A stretch of DNA of 64,000 nucleotides from Longimicrobiales bacterium (GCA_965198065.1 CBDAON010000004.1:192001-256000); one strand, 5' to 3'; positions 19,413 to 30,324 are shown, counted from the stretch's first letter. Notes: a model not told the origin generated them from the letters alone. Made by a program: numbers and translations.

Positions 19413-22184
19413 TCAGGGTGCCGGGTCCGTGCCCTGGAGCTCGTCGGTGAGGATGCGCCTCAGCTCCTCAAGGCCGCGTCCGAACCCCTCCCAATCCCCT
19501 TCCCGAAGGCGCTCTTCGGCCCGATCGAGGGCCTCGACGGCCGCGCTACTCGCACTCTCCCTCGAGGGGAGGAGAATGGACCTTCCCGGGCCGAGGTCGA
19601 TCTCCGTGCCCTCCTCGAGGGCCCCCTGGGCCAGATAGCTCAGGGCGCGCTCGATGGATGTCTCCATCACGACCCTCCGCCCGTCGCTCACCACGAATCG
19701 ACGGATCTCCGGAATCGCGTCCACATCAGCCGCGAGGAAGACGGACTCGAGGTAATAGAGCGTGTTCTCGACCGGGACGAGGTGCAGGTGGCCGGTCCAG
19801 ACCTGGCTCCCCCCCTGTCTCCAGAGCGAGAACTGCTGCGAGATCTCGGGATCCTGCTCCACCATGGCCTCGATCTGCCCGGGGCCGAGGATCTGCTGCT
19901 CGACAGGAGCGTCCCAGAGGGAGAGCCGGCCGCCTTCCCCGGGGACCCAGCGCGCCGCCAGGAACGACGCCAGGTTCTGGCGCCCCTGCGGCACGAAGAC
20001 CGTGGAGAGGACGTATGCCTCCTCGTCCCCCGGACCGGGAAGGTCCAGCAGCCCGTACTCGGCACGGTAGGCGACCGGCAGGGCCGGGTTCGTCGAGAGC
20101 TCAGTTGCGAGGTCCCAGCGGTCCTGCTGCCCGTGGAACACGGGCGGGCTCTCCTGGTGGAAGCGCGTCAGTACCTCGGCCTGCAGCTCCAGGAGAACCC
20201 TTGAGTAGCGGAGGTGGCCCGCCAGCTCGGCCGGCATCTCGGCGAGGTCCCGAAACAGCGTCGGGAATCCCCGGGCGTACGCCTGGATGAGCGGGTCCGC
20301 GGGGTCCACCATGTACAGCCGCGTGTCTCCCGTTACGGCATCCACAGTCGCCTTGACCGAGTTCCTGAGGTAGTTCACCTCCCGCCCGTTCGGCAGCCGG
20401 TGGACACCGGAAAGCGGAAGGGACTCGGAGGCGGTGAACCCCTCCAAGATCCAGAACACGCGCCCGTCCGCGACGATCGGGACGGGCGGCTCGGGAAAGA
20501 GGAGGAAGGGGGCGAGGGCAATCACTCTCTCCTGAGCCTGCCGGCGGTAGACGAGACGACTCTCCGGACCCACTTCCGACGCGAGCAGCACGTTCGGATC
20601 CTGGAACCGCCAGGCCAGCGCGAGCGTGCGAAACAGCGATCCGACCGGGATTCCGTTCGGGTAATCCACGCCCGGCGTTCCGGGCCGGCCCGACGGATTG
20701 AGGAACTCATCCTCCGTCGCGTTGATGACTGAGTAGAGCTGTGGGCGGCTCCCGATGAACACCGAGGGTCGCGTGAGCTGGAGTTGATCGGGAACGCCAG
20801 GTCCGGGTCGAAACTCCGGCGGGATCGCCGTCAGAAACATGGGGAGCCGGCCCTCGGTATGCCGGCTCAACTGGCCCGCCACCGCCCCCATCCCCGAGAT
20901 GTACCGCTCCCTCAAGTGGAGGTTCTGCCAGTTCGGATCCGGAATCCCCGTCGGGTTCACCTCCCGGACCGAGGCCGCGATCGGCGCCACCCCCTCGCTC
21001 GAGGGATATCGGTCGAAGGCGACCTCGCGGAAGTCGTAATACTGGAACCGAGCCTCGAGCTGCCGGAAGGTCGTGAGCAGTGTCGCGTCGGTCCACACCG
21101 GGAGGCGCGTGAGCCGCTCGAGGGCGCCCTCCCATGCGGAGGCGTCGGGCACCGAGTAGTCGAGGCGCTGACGGTCCATCCCGTCCAGCGCAAACCCCAG
21201 GCGCGTGAACGCGACTGCGTCCCGGATATAGGGGGTCTCCCGCTCGATCTCGTTCGGCTGTACCTGGAAGCGCTGCACGAGCGCCGGGTAGACCTGCCCG
21301 AGCCCTACGGCGGCGACGAACACGGCGCCGAAGCTGATTCCCGCGGGGAGGAGCCAGCCGCGTCGAGCTCCCCAGAACACGGCCGCGGCAGCGGCCAGGC
21401 AGAGGAACGCGACCGTTCGGTACCCGGGGATCCGGACCTGGTGGTCGGCGTATCCGAAGATGTTCTGGACTCCTGAATTCCCGTCCATGAGCAGCCCGAA
21501 AGGGACCAGGTAGAACCGGAGCCCGAGGATGATCAGGAAGGCTCCGGCGAGAATCGCGAAGTGCCGTGCCGGGCGTAGCGACATCGAGAGCCGGCCGCTC
21601 GTCCATCCGATCGCCCCCGTGGCCGCGTAGCCTCCGGCCGAGAGCGCCCCGATGAGGACCGTGATAACGAGCCCGAAGGCGACCGCCCCCTCGAGCAGGG
21701 GGAGAAGGAAGACGTAGAATCCGAGATCGCGGCCCAGAATCGGATCGATCGTGCCCCAGGGGTCGCCGTAGAGCGCGAGCATCGCTCGGAGCCCGGTTCC
21801 CCCCGGGATCACGGTGGCGCACCAGAATCCGACGAACACGCTCGCGATAACGGCCGCCCACGCCACGTAGCTCCCGGGCAGCTGCTCCTGGATGACCAGA
21901 TCTCCGAACCTCCTCTTCACCTGGAGCCCCTGGAACGACCTGGCGACGAGCTGGAGGTTGGCCCACGTGACCAGCGCGGTCACCGCACCCGTGACCACCC
22001 GCGCCCCCCACTCCCACATCGCCCTCGTCCAGAACACTTCCGGGATGCCCTCCGCACGGAACCAGAGGAGGTCCACGTAAAGCACGACGCCCCAGCGGCC
22101 CACGAACAGGAGCAGGAGGAGCCCCAGGAAACCCGCCAGGAGGAAGCGCCCTCCCCGGAACGATCGAAGCATTCGGTCAGACAT
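19413..22184 (-). CDS. UPF0182 family membrane protein
   Basis: DLLWF, DPILGRDLGFYVF.LP, V.PNE..RE.PYI, NYLRNSVKATVDAVTG, GPGQIEA. Confidence 0.9.
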   Translation of the reverse strand: MSDRMLRSFRGGRFLLAGFLGLLLLLFVGRWGVVLYVDLLWFRAEGIPEVFWTRAMWEWGARVVTGAVTALVTWANLQLVARSFQGLQVKRRFGDLVIQEQLPGSYVAWAAVIASVFVGFWCATVIPGGTGLRAMLALYGDPWGTIDPILGRDLGFYVFLLPLLEGAVAFGLVITVLIGALSAGGYAATGAIGWTSGRLSMSLRPARHFAILAGAFLIILGLRFYLVPFGLLMDGNSGVQNIFGYADHQVRIPGYRTVAFLCLAAAAAVFWGARRGWLLPAGISFGAVFVAAVGLGQVYPALVQRFQVQPNEIERETPYIRDAVAFTRLGFALDGMDRQRLDYSVPDASAWEGALERLTRLPVWTDATLLTTFRQLEARFQYYDFREVAFDRYPSSEGVAPIAASVREVNPTGIPDPNWQNLHLRERYISGMGAVAGQLSRHTEGRLPMFLTAIPPEFRPGPGVPDQLQLTRPSVFIGSRPQLYSVINATEDEFLNPSGRPGTPGVDYPNGIPVGSLFRTLALAWRFQDPNVLLASEVGPESRLVYRRQAQERVIALAPFLLFPEPPVPIVADGRVFWILEGFTASESLPLSGVHRLPNGREVNYLRNSVKATVDAVTGDTRLYMVDPADPLIQAYARGFPTLFRDLAEMPAELAGHLRYSRVLLELQAEVLTRFHQESPPVFHGQQDRWDLATELSTNPALPVAYRAEYGLLDLPGPGDEEAYVLSTVFVPQGRQNLASFLAARWVPGEGGRLSLWDAPVEQQILGPGQIEAMVEQDPEISQQFSLWRQGGSQVWTGHLHLVPVENTLYYLESVFLAADVDAIPEIRRFVVSDGRRVVMETSIERALSYLAQGALEEGTEIDLGPGRSILLPSRESASSAAVEALDRAEERLREGDWEGFGRGLEELRRILTDELQGTDPAP

Positions 22185-23562
22185 GGACGCCCTGGGTCAG
22201 GAGCCACGATTCCACCTCGCCCCGAATCCCGACGAGGCCCCGCGGATCCCGAGCCTCGAAGCGGGCGACAAGGACGGGTTGGGTGTTCGAGGCGCGGAGG
22301 AGTGCCCATCCGTCAGGGAAGAGGATCCGCGCGCCGTCTACCGACACGACCTCGTGGCGGCGCCGGAAGTGCTCCACCGCGGCGGATATGATGCCAGCCT
22401 TGGACTCCTCGGGCACCTCGATTCGGACTTCGGGAGTGGAGGCGTATGTCGGAAACGCGTCCGTTCTCTCGGAGATCGGGCGGTCCGAGCGAGAGACCAG
22501 GTCCACGAGGCGACACGCGCCGTAGAGAGCGTCGTCCGTGCCGATGAACTCGTCTGCGAAATAGATGTGGCCGGAGAGCTCCCCCCCGATCGGCGCGCCC
22601 GTCTCGATCATCTTCTCCTTCATGAGGGAGTGACCCGTCTTCCACATGAGGCCCTTTCCTCCCGCCTTCCCAAAAACCTCGGGCAGGACCTGCGAGCACT
22701 TCACGTCGTAGACGAGGAGCTGCCCGCGGCCGCGCTTCTCGAGAAGATCGAGGCCGAACAGGAGGAGGAGCACATCCCCGCGGATGATCCGGCCCCGGTC
22801 GTCCACGGCACCCAGTCGATCGGCGTCCCCGTCGAACGCGACGCCCACGTCGGCCCCGGTCGAGCGGACCTCTCGGATCAGCGCCTCGAGGTTCTCGTCC
22901 ACCGATGGGTCGGGGTGGTGGTTCGGAAACGTCCCGTCCGACTCGCAGAAGAGTGGCACGACCTCCGCGCCCAAGCGCTCCAGCAGCGACACCGCCACAA
23001 CCGAGCCCGTCCCGTTGCCACAGTCGACGACCACCTTCACGGGCTTCGCCAGGCGGAACCGGCTCGCCACGTCGTCCACGTATCGATCAAGCACGGAAAC
23101 GTCCGTCCGCTTCCCGTCCCCCGAGCGGAGATCCCCTCCGAGGATGCGCTCACGAAGTGCGCGCACGTCGTCGCCGTAGAACGGGCCCCCCCTAAGCGTC
23201 ATCTTGACGCCGTTCCATTCCGGGGGGTTGTGCGATCCGGTGATCTGGACCGCCCCGTCGGAGCTCTCGATCTGCTCGGCCCAGTAGGTGACCGGGGTCG
23301 GCATCGTCCCCAGGGCCCGCACGTCAACTCCCGCGGACAGGAGGCCCGAGATCACCGCGTCCGCCAGCTCGTCGGACGCCGGGCGGTTGTCGTTCCCCAC
23401 CACGACGACGGGCCTCCGGCCTTCGATCCCGTCTCCCTCCAGGGACTCAGCCAGGACGGTCCCGTAGGCGCGCCCGACGTCCCGAACGAGGGCCGGGGTG
23501 AGGTCCTCCCCCACGATCCCCCGAATATCGTATTCGCGAAAAACGCGAGCCGATAAGTTCAT
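22177..23562 (-). CDS. Phosphomannomutase/phosphoglucomutase
   Basis: FREYDIRG, TGSHNP, FPNHHPDP, FDGDADR, GELSGH, RASNTQP. Confidence 0.95.
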   Translation of the reverse strand: MNLSARVFREYDIRGIVGEDLTPALVRDVGRAYGTVLAESLEGDGIEGRRPVVVVGNDNRPASDELADAVISGLLSAGVDVRALGTMPTPVTYWAEQIESSDGAVQITGSHNPPEWNGVKMTLRGGPFYGDDVRALRERILGGDLRSGDGKRTDVSVLDRYVDDVASRFRLAKPVKVVVDCGNGTGSVVAVSLLERLGAEVVPLFCESDGTFPNHHPDPSVDENLEALIREVRSTGADVGVAFDGDADRLGAVDDRGRIIRGDVLLLLFGLDLLEKRGRGQLLVYDVKCSQVLPEVFGKAGGKGLMWKTGHSLMKEKMIETGAPIGGELSGHIYFADEFIGTDDALYGACRLVDLVSRSDRPISERTDAFPTYASTPEVRIEVPEESKAGIISAAVEHFRRRHEVVSVDGARILFPDGWALLRASNTQPVLVARFEARDPRGLVGIRGEVESWLLTQGVHV

Positions 23563-23608
23563 AGCAGCGCACCGAGGCCTAGTGTGGGGCCGCCGCTTCG
23601 GCAGGGAT

Positions 23609-25117
23609 TCACCTCGCAGCGGCCTCGAATACCCGAAGTCCCAGACCGTCCGCGGCGGTCGTCGCGCCGTCCAGCAGCCCACCGGGGAACACCCCGAGGA
23701 ATAGCAGGACTCCGGCGCACCCCACGAGCACCACGAGGACGCTGAGAGGCGCCATTACGTCCGGGGGGCGCCAGTCTCCGGGAGCCGCACGCATCCACAT
23801 GTGCCACGCGACCCTCAAGTAATAGTAGTACGAAACCACTGTGGTGAGGGCCAGGATGGTGGCGAGGACCCAGAGCCGGCTCTCGGCAGCTCCCTGGAGT
23901 AGGAAGATCTTCCCCATGAAACCGCCCGTACCAGGAAAGCCCGCGAGCGAGAGAAGGAACACCGTGAGAAGCACCCCGAGCAACGGCTGGGACAGCCCGA
24001 ACCCGGAGTAATCCTCCAGCTGGAAGCGGGACTCTCCCTGCTCGCCCACGATCATGACGACCCCGAAAGCCCCGAGGGTCATGACCGTATAGACCAGGAT
24101 GTAGAAGAGGATCCCGGCCGTCGCGATCTCGTTCGCCGCCGCCACCCCCACGAGGAGATACCCTCCGTGGGCGAGGGACGAGTACGCGAGCATGCGCTTC
24201 ACGTTCGACTGCGCCAGCGCGATCAGGTTAGCCGCGATCATAGTGAGTGCGGCCAGCCACCATACGACCGGATACCAGGACTCGTACAGCGGAGCGAAGG
24301 CCGCCGTGAAGACGCGCAGGAAGGCCGCGAACGAGGCGGCCTTGACGGCGGCGGCCATGAAGCCGGTGGACGGGGAAGGCGCCCCCTCGTATACGTCCGG
24401 AGTCCACATGTGGAACGGTACGGCTCCGACCTTGAACGCGAAGCCCACGCCGAGGAGCCCCATTCCCGCGAGGACGAGACCGTTGAAGCCCGAGCCCGCC
24501 TCCACCGTCGCGCGGATCTGTACCAGGTCCACCGTACCCGCGCCTCCCCACACCAAGGCAATGCCGTAGAGCAGAAATGCGGACGAGAACGCTCCCAGGA
24601 TGAAGTACTTGATCCCGGCCTCCGCCGACTTCCGCTCGCGCCGATGATAGGCCGTGAGTACATACGCGGAGATGGACATGGTCTCGAGAGCCAGGAACAA
24701 CAGGATGAGGTTCGTCGTCCCCGCCATGATCATCATCCCGACCGTGGCCATGAGGATCAGCGTGTAGAACTCGCCCGCTTGAAGCCTTTGCCTCGCCATG
24801 TAGGGGAAGGAGACCAGGATGGTGAGCGCGGCCCCGAGGAGGAACACCCAGTTGGCGTAGAGACGAAACGAATCCAGCGCGATCATCCCCGGCCCGCCCG
24901 TGGGAATGACTCCGTGGAGCCATCCGTTCATGACAGCGGCGGCGAGGAGGCCGGCCAACGCCAGCCAGCCCAGCGGCTGGGCTTGATCCGTGGGTTCGCC
25001 TGGGGCGCCCTCGATCCACACCCCGGCAAGGAGCACGGCCATCGCCCAGACCGAGAGGACGATCTCGGGAAGGAGGATCAGCACCAGATGGGCGGAGGAT
25101 CCGAGGTCGAGCGTCAC
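23609..25117 (-). CDS. nuoN: NADH-quinone oxidoreductase subunit N
   Basis: EAGIKYFILG, FKVGAVPFHMWTPDVYEGAP, KRMLAYSS; operon position. Confidence 0.96.
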   Translation of the reverse strand: MTLDLGSSAHLVLILLPEIVLSVWAMAVLLAGVWIEGAPGEPTDQAQPLGWLALAGLLAAAVMNGWLHGVIPTGGPGMIALDSFRLYANWVFLLGAALTILVSFPYMARQRLQAGEFYTLILMATVGMMIMAGTTNLILLFLALETMSISAYVLTAYHRRERKSAEAGIKYFILGAFSSAFLLYGIALVWGGAGTVDLVQIRATVEAGSGFNGLVLAGMGLLGVGFAFKVGAVPFHMWTPDVYEGAPSPSTGFMAAAVKAASFAAFLRVFTAAFAPLYESWYPVVWWLAALTMIAANLIALAQSNVKRMLAYSSLAHGGYLLVGVAAANEIATAGILFYILVYTVMTLGAFGVVMIVGEQGESRFQLEDYSGFGLSQPLLGVLLTVFLLSLAGFPGTGGFMGKIFLLQGAAESRLWVLATILALTTVVSYYYYLRVAWHMWMRAAPGDWRPPDVMAPLSVLVVLVGCAGVLLFLGVFPGGLLDGATTAADGLGLRVFEAAAR

Positions 25118-26670
25118 CGAGATCTCGGGCCCAGGGTCAGCTGCTCCAGCTCCCCCCCTTCGCCCCCTCCCTCCACGTACTCGACGATCGCCCGAACGCT
25201 GGGCTCCATGCGGCGGAGTACAGGGGTGGGGTACACCCCGAGCACGAGCATCAGGGCGAGGAGCGGGGCGAGGATGGCACCTTCCCTCCAGCTGAGATCG
25301 GGCAGGCTCCGATTCTCGGGGCCCTCGAGCCGGTTGAAGAGCAGGCGCTGAACCATCGGCAGCATGTAGTAAGCCGCGAAGATCACACCCGACGCCGCCA
25401 CGACCGCGGCCACCGGGAAGCGCTCGAAGGTACCGAGCAGCGCGAGGAACTCCCCGACGAATCCGCTCGTCCCCGGTACCCCGATCGAGGTGAGCGCCGT
25501 CAGCACGAACGCGGTCGAGAGGAGCGGCGCCACCCTGGCGAGCCCGCCGAAATCCGAGATCAGTCGGGTGTGCCTGCGCTCGTAGAGCATCCCGATGAGG
25601 AGGAAGAGCGCGCCCGTGGACACCCCATGAGAGATCATGACCATGAGGCTGCCCTGCACACCGTTTACCGTGAGCGCGAACGTTCCGATGATGACGAACC
25701 CCATGTGGGCGACCGACGTGTAGGCGATGAGCTTCTTCGCGTCGGGCTGCACGGCGGCAACCCAGGCGGCGTACACGATGCCCGCCACCCCGAGGGTGAG
25801 CATCAAGGCTACGACCGTCGGGTGAACCGAGGCACCGGGAAAGAACGGGAGCACGAATCGGAGGAAGCCGTAGGTGCCCATCTTCAGGAGGACGGCCGCG
25901 AGGACCACGGATCCCGGGGTCGGCGCCTCGACGTGGGCGTCTGGAAGCCACGTGTGGAACGGAAATACCGGCACCTTGATCGCGAACGCCAGGGCGAACG
26001 CAGCGAAGAGCCAGAGCTGCTCCGTGAGCGTGAGCGGCGTGCCGAGCAGGTCGAGGTAGTGGAACGAAGGCGCGGGCCCGGCGTCACTCGCGCGGAAGTA
26101 GAGGTAGATGATGCCCACCAGCATGAGCAGGGACCCGAACGCCGTGTACAGGAAGAATTTCACCGCCGCGTAGACCCGCCGCTCCCCGCCCCAGACCCCG
26201 ATGATGAAGTACATCGGGACCAGGGTCAGCTCGAAGAACACATAGAAGAGAAAGAGATCCATCGCCACGAACACGCCCACGATGCCGGCCTCGAGGAGGA
26301 GCATGAGGGCGTAGAACGCCCGGCGGTGCTCCGTGATGTACTCGAACGATCCGAGGACGGCGAGCGGGATCGTCAGCGTCGTGAGGAGAATCATGAAGAG
26401 CGAGATCCCGTCGATGCCGAGTGCGTAGCTAATCCCCCAGGCCTCTATCCACTCGTTTCGGCTCACCAGCTGGAACAGCTCCCCGGCCGGATCGAACGCC
26501 CACCAGAGCCCAACGCTCAGGACGAAGACCCCCCCGGAGAACGCGAAGGCCACCCGCTTCGCCACCTCCTCGGAGGAAAGCAGAACGACCAGGGCGCCGA
26601 ACGCGGGGAGCCACACGAGGGCGTGGAGGGCCCACGCGTCGTACCCGACGGCCTCCAGGAGCGCGCTCAC
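25114..26670 (-). CDS. nuoM: NADH-quinone oxidoreductase subunit M
   Basis: LGIDGISL, FYVFFE, KVPVFPFHTWLPDAHVEAPT, LLKMGTYG. Confidence 0.97.
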   Translation of the reverse strand: MSALLEAVGYDAWALHALVWLPAFGALVVLLSSEEVAKRVAFAFSGGVFVLSVGLWWAFDPAGELFQLVSRNEWIEAWGISYALGIDGISLFMILLTTLTIPLAVLGSFEYITEHRRAFYALMLLLEAGIVGVFVAMDLFLFYVFFELTLVPMYFIIGVWGGERRVYAAVKFFLYTAFGSLLMLVGIIYLYFRASDAGPAPSFHYLDLLGTPLTLTEQLWLFAAFALAFAIKVPVFPFHTWLPDAHVEAPTPGSVVLAAVLLKMGTYGFLRFVLPFFPGASVHPTVVALMLTLGVAGIVYAAWVAAVQPDAKKLIAYTSVAHMGFVIIGTFALTVNGVQGSLMVMISHGVSTGALFLLIGMLYERRHTRLISDFGGLARVAPLLSTAFVLTALTSIGVPGTSGFVGEFLALLGTFERFPVAAVVAASGVIFAAYYMLPMVQRLLFNRLEGPENRSLPDLSWREGAILAPLLALMLVLGVYPTPVLRRMEPSVRAIVEYVEGGGEGGELEQLTLGPRSR

Positions 26671-26677
26671 GAGGGCG

Positions 26678-28864
26678 TCACAGGATCAGAGCGCCGAGCA
26701 CCGCCAGCGCTCCCACGGTGAGCACGAACGCATAGGTGGTCACCCGACCCGTCTGGAAGAGGGATCCGAACCAGCCAAGCGCCTTCGCGAGCCCACCGAC
26801 GACGCCGACCGTCCCGTCGATCAGGGTCTGATCGATCCAGCGCCACGCGATGCGCGAGGCTCCGAGAAGGCTTCGTACGAAGACTCGGTCGTAGAGCTCG
26901 TCCACGTACCACTTGTGATAGAGGACGCCCCGGAGGCCGGCGGGCGCCGAGGATTCCGCGGCCGGCTTCACGTCGAGCTGCGAGACGATCCGATAGGTGA
27001 GCGCCACAGCGACGAGCACGAGGCCCGTGGCGATCGCCCCCCAGAGAACGTGGCCCCCTCCGAGCGGCGCGGCCGCCGCATACTCGCCCGCGTGCTCCAG
27101 GTGGATCTCGTGGGCCACCTGGGTCACTGGCTCAAGCCAGCGCTCCATCCAGTCAGACATGGGGAGGATCCCGAAGCCGCCGAACGGAGACTCTCGAACC
27201 GCCTCCGGCACGTTCAGCCAGCCGCCGAAGAACGAGAGCGCGGCCAGAAGCCCGAGCGGGATCGTCATGACTAGTGGGGCTTCCCTCAGGTGCTCGGCCT
27301 CCCGCGCGCCCGTTCGGCTCGCGCCGTAGAACGTCATGACCATGAGTCGGGTCATGTAGATCGCCGTGAGGACGGCGGCCAGGAGGGACACGCCCCAGAG
27401 CGTCGTGAACAGCAGCTCGTACCCACCTGAGCGGGCCGCCCCAGCATACCAGATGATCTCGTCCTTCGAGAAGTAGCCCGCGAACGGCCAGATCCCCGCG
27501 ATCGCGAGGGTCGCGATCCCCATCGTGGCCCACGTTACGGGCATCTTGTGGCGGAGCCCACCCATGTTCCGCATGTCCTGCGCGTCCCAGTCCCTGTGGG
27601 TCTGGTGGAAGGCGTGGTGCATCGAGTGGATCACCGCGCCGGCGCCGAGAAACAGGAGCCCCTTGAAGAAGGCGTGCGTCACGAGGTGGAAGATCCCAGC
27701 CACGTAGGCCCCTGCCCCCATGCCCAGGAACATGAACCCGAGCTGGGAGATGGTGGAGTACGCCAGCACCTTCTTAATGTCGTACTGCTGGAGCGCAATG
27801 GTCGCGGCAAAGAGGGCGGTCGCGGCGCCTATGGTCGCGACCGCTGCCGACCCGGCCGGCGCGAGGGCGAAGAGCACGGACGCGCGGGCGACGAGGTATA
27901 CGCCCGCCGTCACCATGGTCGCCGCGTGGATCAGGGCCGACACGGGGGTCGGGCCGGCCATGGCGTCGGGGAGCCACACGTAGAGCGGGATCTGGGCACT
28001 CTTGCCGGCCGCTCCCAGGAGAAGGAAGAGCGTGATGGTCGTGACGGTGATGCCGCCGTATTCCAGCGCTTCCGGGGCCGCTTCGAAGACCTCGACGTAA
28101 TCCACCGTCCCCAGCGACACGAAAATGAGGAAGATCGCGACGAGGAAGCCGAAATCCCCGATCCGATTCACGATGAACGCCTTCTTGCCGGCGTCCGACT
28201 TCTCTGGGTCCTCGAACCAGAACCCGATGAGGAGGTACGAGCAGAGCCCCACCCCTTCCCATCCCACGAACATGAGCGGAAAGCTCGCCCCCATTACGAG
28301 GACGAGCATGAAGAAGACGAAGAGGTTCAGATAGGCGAAGTACCGCGCGTATCCAGGATCCTCCCGCATGTAGCCAACGCTGAACACGTGGATGAGGAAG
28401 CTCACCCCCGTCACCACGAGCATCATGATCATGGAGAGCTGGTCCAGCTGGACGGCCGCATCCACCGTGATTTCGCCCGTCGCCATCCAGCTCCAGTAGG
28501 AGACGACCGCTGGCTCCTCCAATCCACTGCCCGCCATCCGGACGAAGTTCACGAGCACTATGAGGAACGCGGCTCCGACAGCGCCGGGGCCGATCCATCC
28601 CGGGAGCGCGTCCATCGGCGCCGCGGAGGCCCCGTGGCCCACTTCCGACTCCGGGAGCAGAGCACCCACGGGGTCGGCCCCTCGACCGCCGCCGTCGTCG
28701 GCTCCTCCAGCGCCGCCTCGCCCGCTCCCGTGTCCAGCTCCACCCTCGCGGACCCCGGCCGCCGAGCGGACGCCGGCTCGGAGCGCGAGCACCCCGTTCG
28801 CGAGGAATCCCAGGAGCGGGAAGAGGAGCACGAGTCCCGGGAGGAAGGGCTGGAACTCGGTCAT
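26678..28864 (-). CDS. nuoL: NADH-quinone oxidoreductase subunit L
   Basis: GWEGVGLCSYLLIGFW, NRIGD, GKSAQIPLYVWLPDAMAGPTPVSALIHAATMV. Confidence 0.97.
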   Translation of the reverse strand: MTEFQPFLPGLVLLFPLLGFLANGVLALRAGVRSAAGVREGGAGHGSGRGGAGGADDGGGRGADPVGALLPESEVGHGASAAPMDALPGWIGPGAVGAAFLIVLVNFVRMAGSGLEEPAVVSYWSWMATGEITVDAAVQLDQLSMIMMLVVTGVSFLIHVFSVGYMREDPGYARYFAYLNLFVFFMLVLVMGASFPLMFVGWEGVGLCSYLLIGFWFEDPEKSDAGKKAFIVNRIGDFGFLVAIFLIFVSLGTVDYVEVFEAAPEALEYGGITVTTITLFLLLGAAGKSAQIPLYVWLPDAMAGPTPVSALIHAATMVTAGVYLVARASVLFALAPAGSAAVATIGAATALFAATIALQQYDIKKVLAYSTISQLGFMFLGMGAGAYVAGIFHLVTHAFFKGLLFLGAGAVIHSMHHAFHQTHRDWDAQDMRNMGGLRHKMPVTWATMGIATLAIAGIWPFAGYFSKDEIIWYAGAARSGGYELLFTTLWGVSLLAAVLTAIYMTRLMVMTFYGASRTGAREAEHLREAPLVMTIPLGLLAALSFFGGWLNVPEAVRESPFGGFGILPMSDWMERWLEPVTQVAHEIHLEHAGEYAAAAPLGGGHVLWGAIATGLVLVAVALTYRIVSQLDVKPAAESSAPAGLRGVLYHKWYVDELYDRVFVRSLLGASRIAWRWIDQTLIDGTVGVVGGLAKALGWFGSLFQTGRVTTYAFVLTVGALAVLGALIL

Positions 28865-28868
28865 TCGA

Positions 28869-29168
28869 TCACCACTTGAGCACGTTGAAGTTGTCCACGT
28901 CCACCGTCTGGTAGTGCCGGAAGACCGAGATGATGATTGCCAGCCCCACTGCCGCCTCCGCAGCCGCAACCGTCATGACGAAGAACACGAAGACCTGGCC
29001 GTCGATGCCCAGGTACCGGGAGAGCGCCACGAACGAGACGTTCACCGCGTTCAGCTGGAGCTCGATGCAGAGGAAAACGATGATCGCGTTCCGCCGAACG
29101 AGGACCCCGAGCGTGCCGATCACGAAGAGGATCGCGCTCAGTAAGAGGGCTTCCGCGAGCACGGTCAC
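28869..29168 (-). CDS. nuoK: NADH-quinone oxidoreductase subunit K
   Basis: RRN....[19 protein letters not shown]. Confidence 0.97.
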   Translation of the reverse strand: MTVLAEALLLSAILFVIGTLGVLVRRNAIIVFLCIELQLNAVNVSFVALSRYLGIDGQVFVFFVMTVAAAEAAVGLAIIISVFRHYQTVDVDNFNVLKW

Positions 29169-29689
29169 GCTCCCCGCTTGGCCAGGGCCACGGCCCCGAC
29201 CAAGGCTACCAAGAGGAGGAGGCCGACGAGCTCAAAGGCCACGAGGTAGTCCGTGAAGAGGGGCCGAGCGATGGCCCCGATGGCCCCGTCCTCGGCCAGC
29301 GCCTGGTCAAGTCCCTCTGGACCCGGCAGGTACGCATAGAGCGGGTTGTCGCCAACGCGCCCTAGCTGGCGGACCATCAGCCCGCCCACCGCTCCCGCGA
29401 CGGCCGAGGAGACGAAAGCACCCAGCCCTCGCTTCAGGTCGGCCCGGTAATCGTGTCCGAGGTTCAGAAGCATGATCACAAACAGGAAGAGGACCATGAT
29501 CGCCCCGGCGTATACCATGACCTGGATGGCCGCCAGGAAGTGGGCCTCCAGGAGGACGTAGATCCCGGCCACGGACGCCAGCGTGCCGATCATGAAGAGA
29601 AGGCTTCCCACGGGATTCTTCTGGAGCACGACGCCCATTGCGCCGCACACCGCCATCGCGGCGAAGATGTAGAAGAGGACCTCAGCCAT
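29165..29689 (-). CDS. nuoJ: NADH-quinone oxidoreductase subunit J
   Basis: [35 protein letters not shown]. Confidence 0.96.
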   Translation of the reverse strand: MAEVLFYIFAAMAVCGAMGVVLQKNPVGSLLFMIGTLASVAGIYVLLEAHFLAAIQVMVYAGAIMVLFLFVIMLLNLGHDYRADLKRGLGAFVSSAVAGAVGGLMVRQLGRVGDNPLYAYLPGPEGLDQALAEDGAIGAIARPLFTDYLVAFELVGLLLLVALVGAVALAKRGA

Positions 29690-29710
29690 GAGCCGACCTT
29701 GGGGAGAACT

Positions 29711-29820
29711 CGTCAAGCCGGATACCGGGCAAGGCCACCGAGCACGACGACCGAGGCGTACTGAATCGTACGCCGCAAGGAATCGCGCGGAGGCGAACGC
29801 AGCACGGCGCCAGCTTCACG
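29711..29820. repeat. REP/MITE-like imperfect palindromic element between nuoI and nuoJ
   Basis: Central hairpin ggcgtac-tgaatc-gtacgcc (29755-29774); imperfect terminal inverted repeat cgtcaagccgg / ccagcttcacg. Confidence 0.55.
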
Positions 29821-29823
29821 CGC

Positions 29824-30324
29824 TCATTCGGATAAGGGGTCGGAGGGGTCCCATAGAAGCGTGCTCGGGTGGTCCTGCTCCATCAGGCGATCGAGGTCGT
29901 AGACGAAGCGCTCCCGCGTGTACTCCGCGTTCTCGAAGTGGACCCCGACGTGAATCGCCTCGACCGGGCACACCTCCTGGCACATTCCACAGAAGATGCA
30001 ACGGAACTCGTCGATCTCGTAGACGATGGGGTAGCGGTTCCCCATGTCGTCCTCGCCACCGACGAGACGGATGCAGTTGGCGGGACAGACGGTCGGACAA
30101 AGCCCGCACGCCACGCACCTCGGGCGGCCGTCAGCGTGCGTTTCCATGACGTGCGTTCCCCGCCACCGCGGCAAGAGAGCCGGCTGCTCCTCGGGGTATT
30201 CGAGCGTCACCTTCCTGGGGTTCACCAGGTGCTTGAAGGTGAGGGCCATGCCCTTCAGAGTGGCGCGAAGGTAAGAGATCTCGCCCGCCTCCGGGCGGCG
30301 CATCAGCTTCACGGTCACCGTCAT
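29824..30324 (-). CDS. nuoI: NADH-quinone oxidoreductase subunit I
   Basis: CVACGLCPTVCP and CIFCGMCQEVCP 2x[4Fe-4S] motifs. Confidence 0.97.
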   Translation of the reverse strand: MTVTVKLMRRPEAGEISYLRATLKGMALTFKHLVNPRKVTLEYPEEQPALLPRWRGTHVMETHADGRPRCVACGLCPTVCPANCIRLVGGEDDMGNRYPIVYEIDEFRCIFCGMCQEVCPVEAIHVGVHFENAEYTRERFVYDLDRLMEQDHPSTLLWDPSDPLSE

